In this document: in pieces, positions 60,471-64,000 of the stretch
Layout of the letters: the number at the start of each line of letters is the position of its first letter
Numbering within the stretch: the first letter of the stretch is position 1
NCBI RefSeq assembly: GCF_009914755.1
Contig: NC_060926.1
Strand: one strand, 5' to 3'
DNA: 64,000 bases
From: the human T2T-CHM13v2.0 reference genome, Homo sapiens
Notes under the pieces: generated by a model
The model's database searches: none
What the model was told of the DNA's origin: nothing
Seen by the model: the letters and a program-made list of their open reading frames with translations, nothing else
Made by a program: the position numbers and the translations under genes

Positions 60471-61189
60471 AACAGTGCACTTTAATAAGAGACTTTACAA
60501 ATTAGTTGGATTGAGGGCCTTAATAGAGAATTGGGTAAAACTCATGAAAAAAACAATATACTCAGAAGAAAATACTTTTACAGCACCCAAGAGAAGACAA
60601 ACATCTGTAGTAATCATAGAAATGTAATTAAAATGTAAATGAGGCACTATTTTTAATCACTAGTTTTTAAAAAAACACTGTACCCAATTCTGACAAAAGT
60701 GTGGTGTTTTGAGGCAGCATTAAATTGATGCAATATGTATTTGAAATAGGTATTGATATATATCAATTGTCATTGAAGCCTTCATATCCTTTGATTGAGG
60801 AATCTCAAGCTTGTATAATTTGTCTAAGGAAATTGTCCAAAAGACCCTGAACCAAATATACAAAAAACGTTATTCCCCCATTATTTATAATGTTAAAAAA
60901 CTGAATGTAATTACTGTAAATAAACTTAATAGAATATAATAGTCTTTAAGAAAATAATTTAATGCATGTGCAAAGATTTATCTCCATGAATGTTCACTAA
61001 GCATTGTTTATGATAATAAAAGATTGGAAATAACCTATGTGTCCAACAATATAGTGTAATTTTTTCAAATAACTAATATAAATAATAAATAATGGAAAAT
61101 TCATAATGTGGGATACTATAGAATTACATTTGTTGATATGTAGATGTGACTACTTCTACGTTTTTGGAGTGAAAAAGTTATAAAGGAGT

Positions 61190-62990
<1,801 letters not shown>

Positions 62991-64000
62991 AATTTCAAGA
63001 AGGAATCCAATCCAAATGTATATATGTGTATGTATGCATATCTGTCTATCTGCCTACCTATCTGTTTATCTGTCCATCTATCTCTGGGCAGTAAAATTAC
63101 ACATACATTCTCAGTTGCTTCTTCATAATTAAGTGTATCATCTAAGTTATTTCGAATGAATATTTATAATTTGTGAAATAAAAAAGTTTTAAAAAGTCTA
63201 AAATTAACATGGAAGATATTGATTCAATTTCTAAAAGAAGGGATATAAAATAGCAGCACATCCTGCAACTATACAACATAAATATATGGTACTAGTACTG
63301 GAAAATAGAATAAAATGAAAATAAGTATGCAAAAGTGGTAAATTTATGTATGAATTAAAAAATTAAAAAAATTTTACTGTAATCTTTATGTTTACAAGTA
63401 GATAGAAAATGACCACATTGGCCTCAAAAATGAAATGGGGCTTTGTTTATTTATTTAATATTGAAAATGTTAATGGCAACATTATCATGTCTAGGCACCT
63501 TTTTCTGAAAATGCATTCTATAAATGCATTCTATAAATATTCATTTATATTTATAGAATGCATTCTATAAATATTCATTGCATAAGTTTTCTGTTTCTTC
63601 CTTGAACTTTCCCTTTTACCAATTTTTCTGTTGTTCTACCTGAGTTTTCTTATTCTACTTGTGTTTTCATGGAAAATTGTTCACTTCCTTTAACATTTCA
63701 AACTCACTAAAGTTTAACTTTGAATAGAATTTCCCAATAATTTTAATGATTATGTAGTTTTCAAATTTTGTTTCCCTTATATTCTTTTGGGTATTTAGTT
63801 GGTTATACCTTAGTATTAGTGGTTTGTAAATATTGTATTAATTAATTTTTATCTTAGTTTTGCTATTTGGCATATTCTCTTCTAATTTCTATGATTTCAT
63901 ATTTATTACTGCCTTTTAAAATTTATTGCTTATATATATTTTAAAAATTTAGATGTAGATCTTTCTTTCTTGTTCTTATAGGAATGAAAGATACAAAAGT

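Overview
Human (primate) genomic DNA with one protein-coding gene, NPPC (C-type natriuretic peptide precursor, 126 aa), on the minus strand. It has coding exon 1 (36886-36797), a 444-nt intron, coding exon 2 (36352-36062), a ~3.1-kb intron in the 3'UTR and a non-coding exon 3 starting at 32952. The CpG-island promoter carries TATA, CRE-like, GC-box and inverted CCAAT elements. The annotated MIR1471 hairpin lies at 2868-2924 (minus). The rest is intergenic and rich in interspersed repeats: about 50 Alu copies or fragments, old L1M/L2/MIR, MaLR/ERV solo LTRs and MER5/Tigger4a DNA-transposon relics. Almost all ORFs in the supplied track are Alu- or GC-content artefacts. I found no convincing new biological system. 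The best leads are regulatory or structural: an ~80-bp copy of the NPPC 3'UTR core inside intron 2; a ~1-kb stretch stop-free in all three sense frames, so intron-1 retention stays in frame; CTCF-consensus motifs in and around the gene; and several perfect inverted and direct repeats. Repeat boundaries and subfamily names were read by eye and from memory, so they are approximate.
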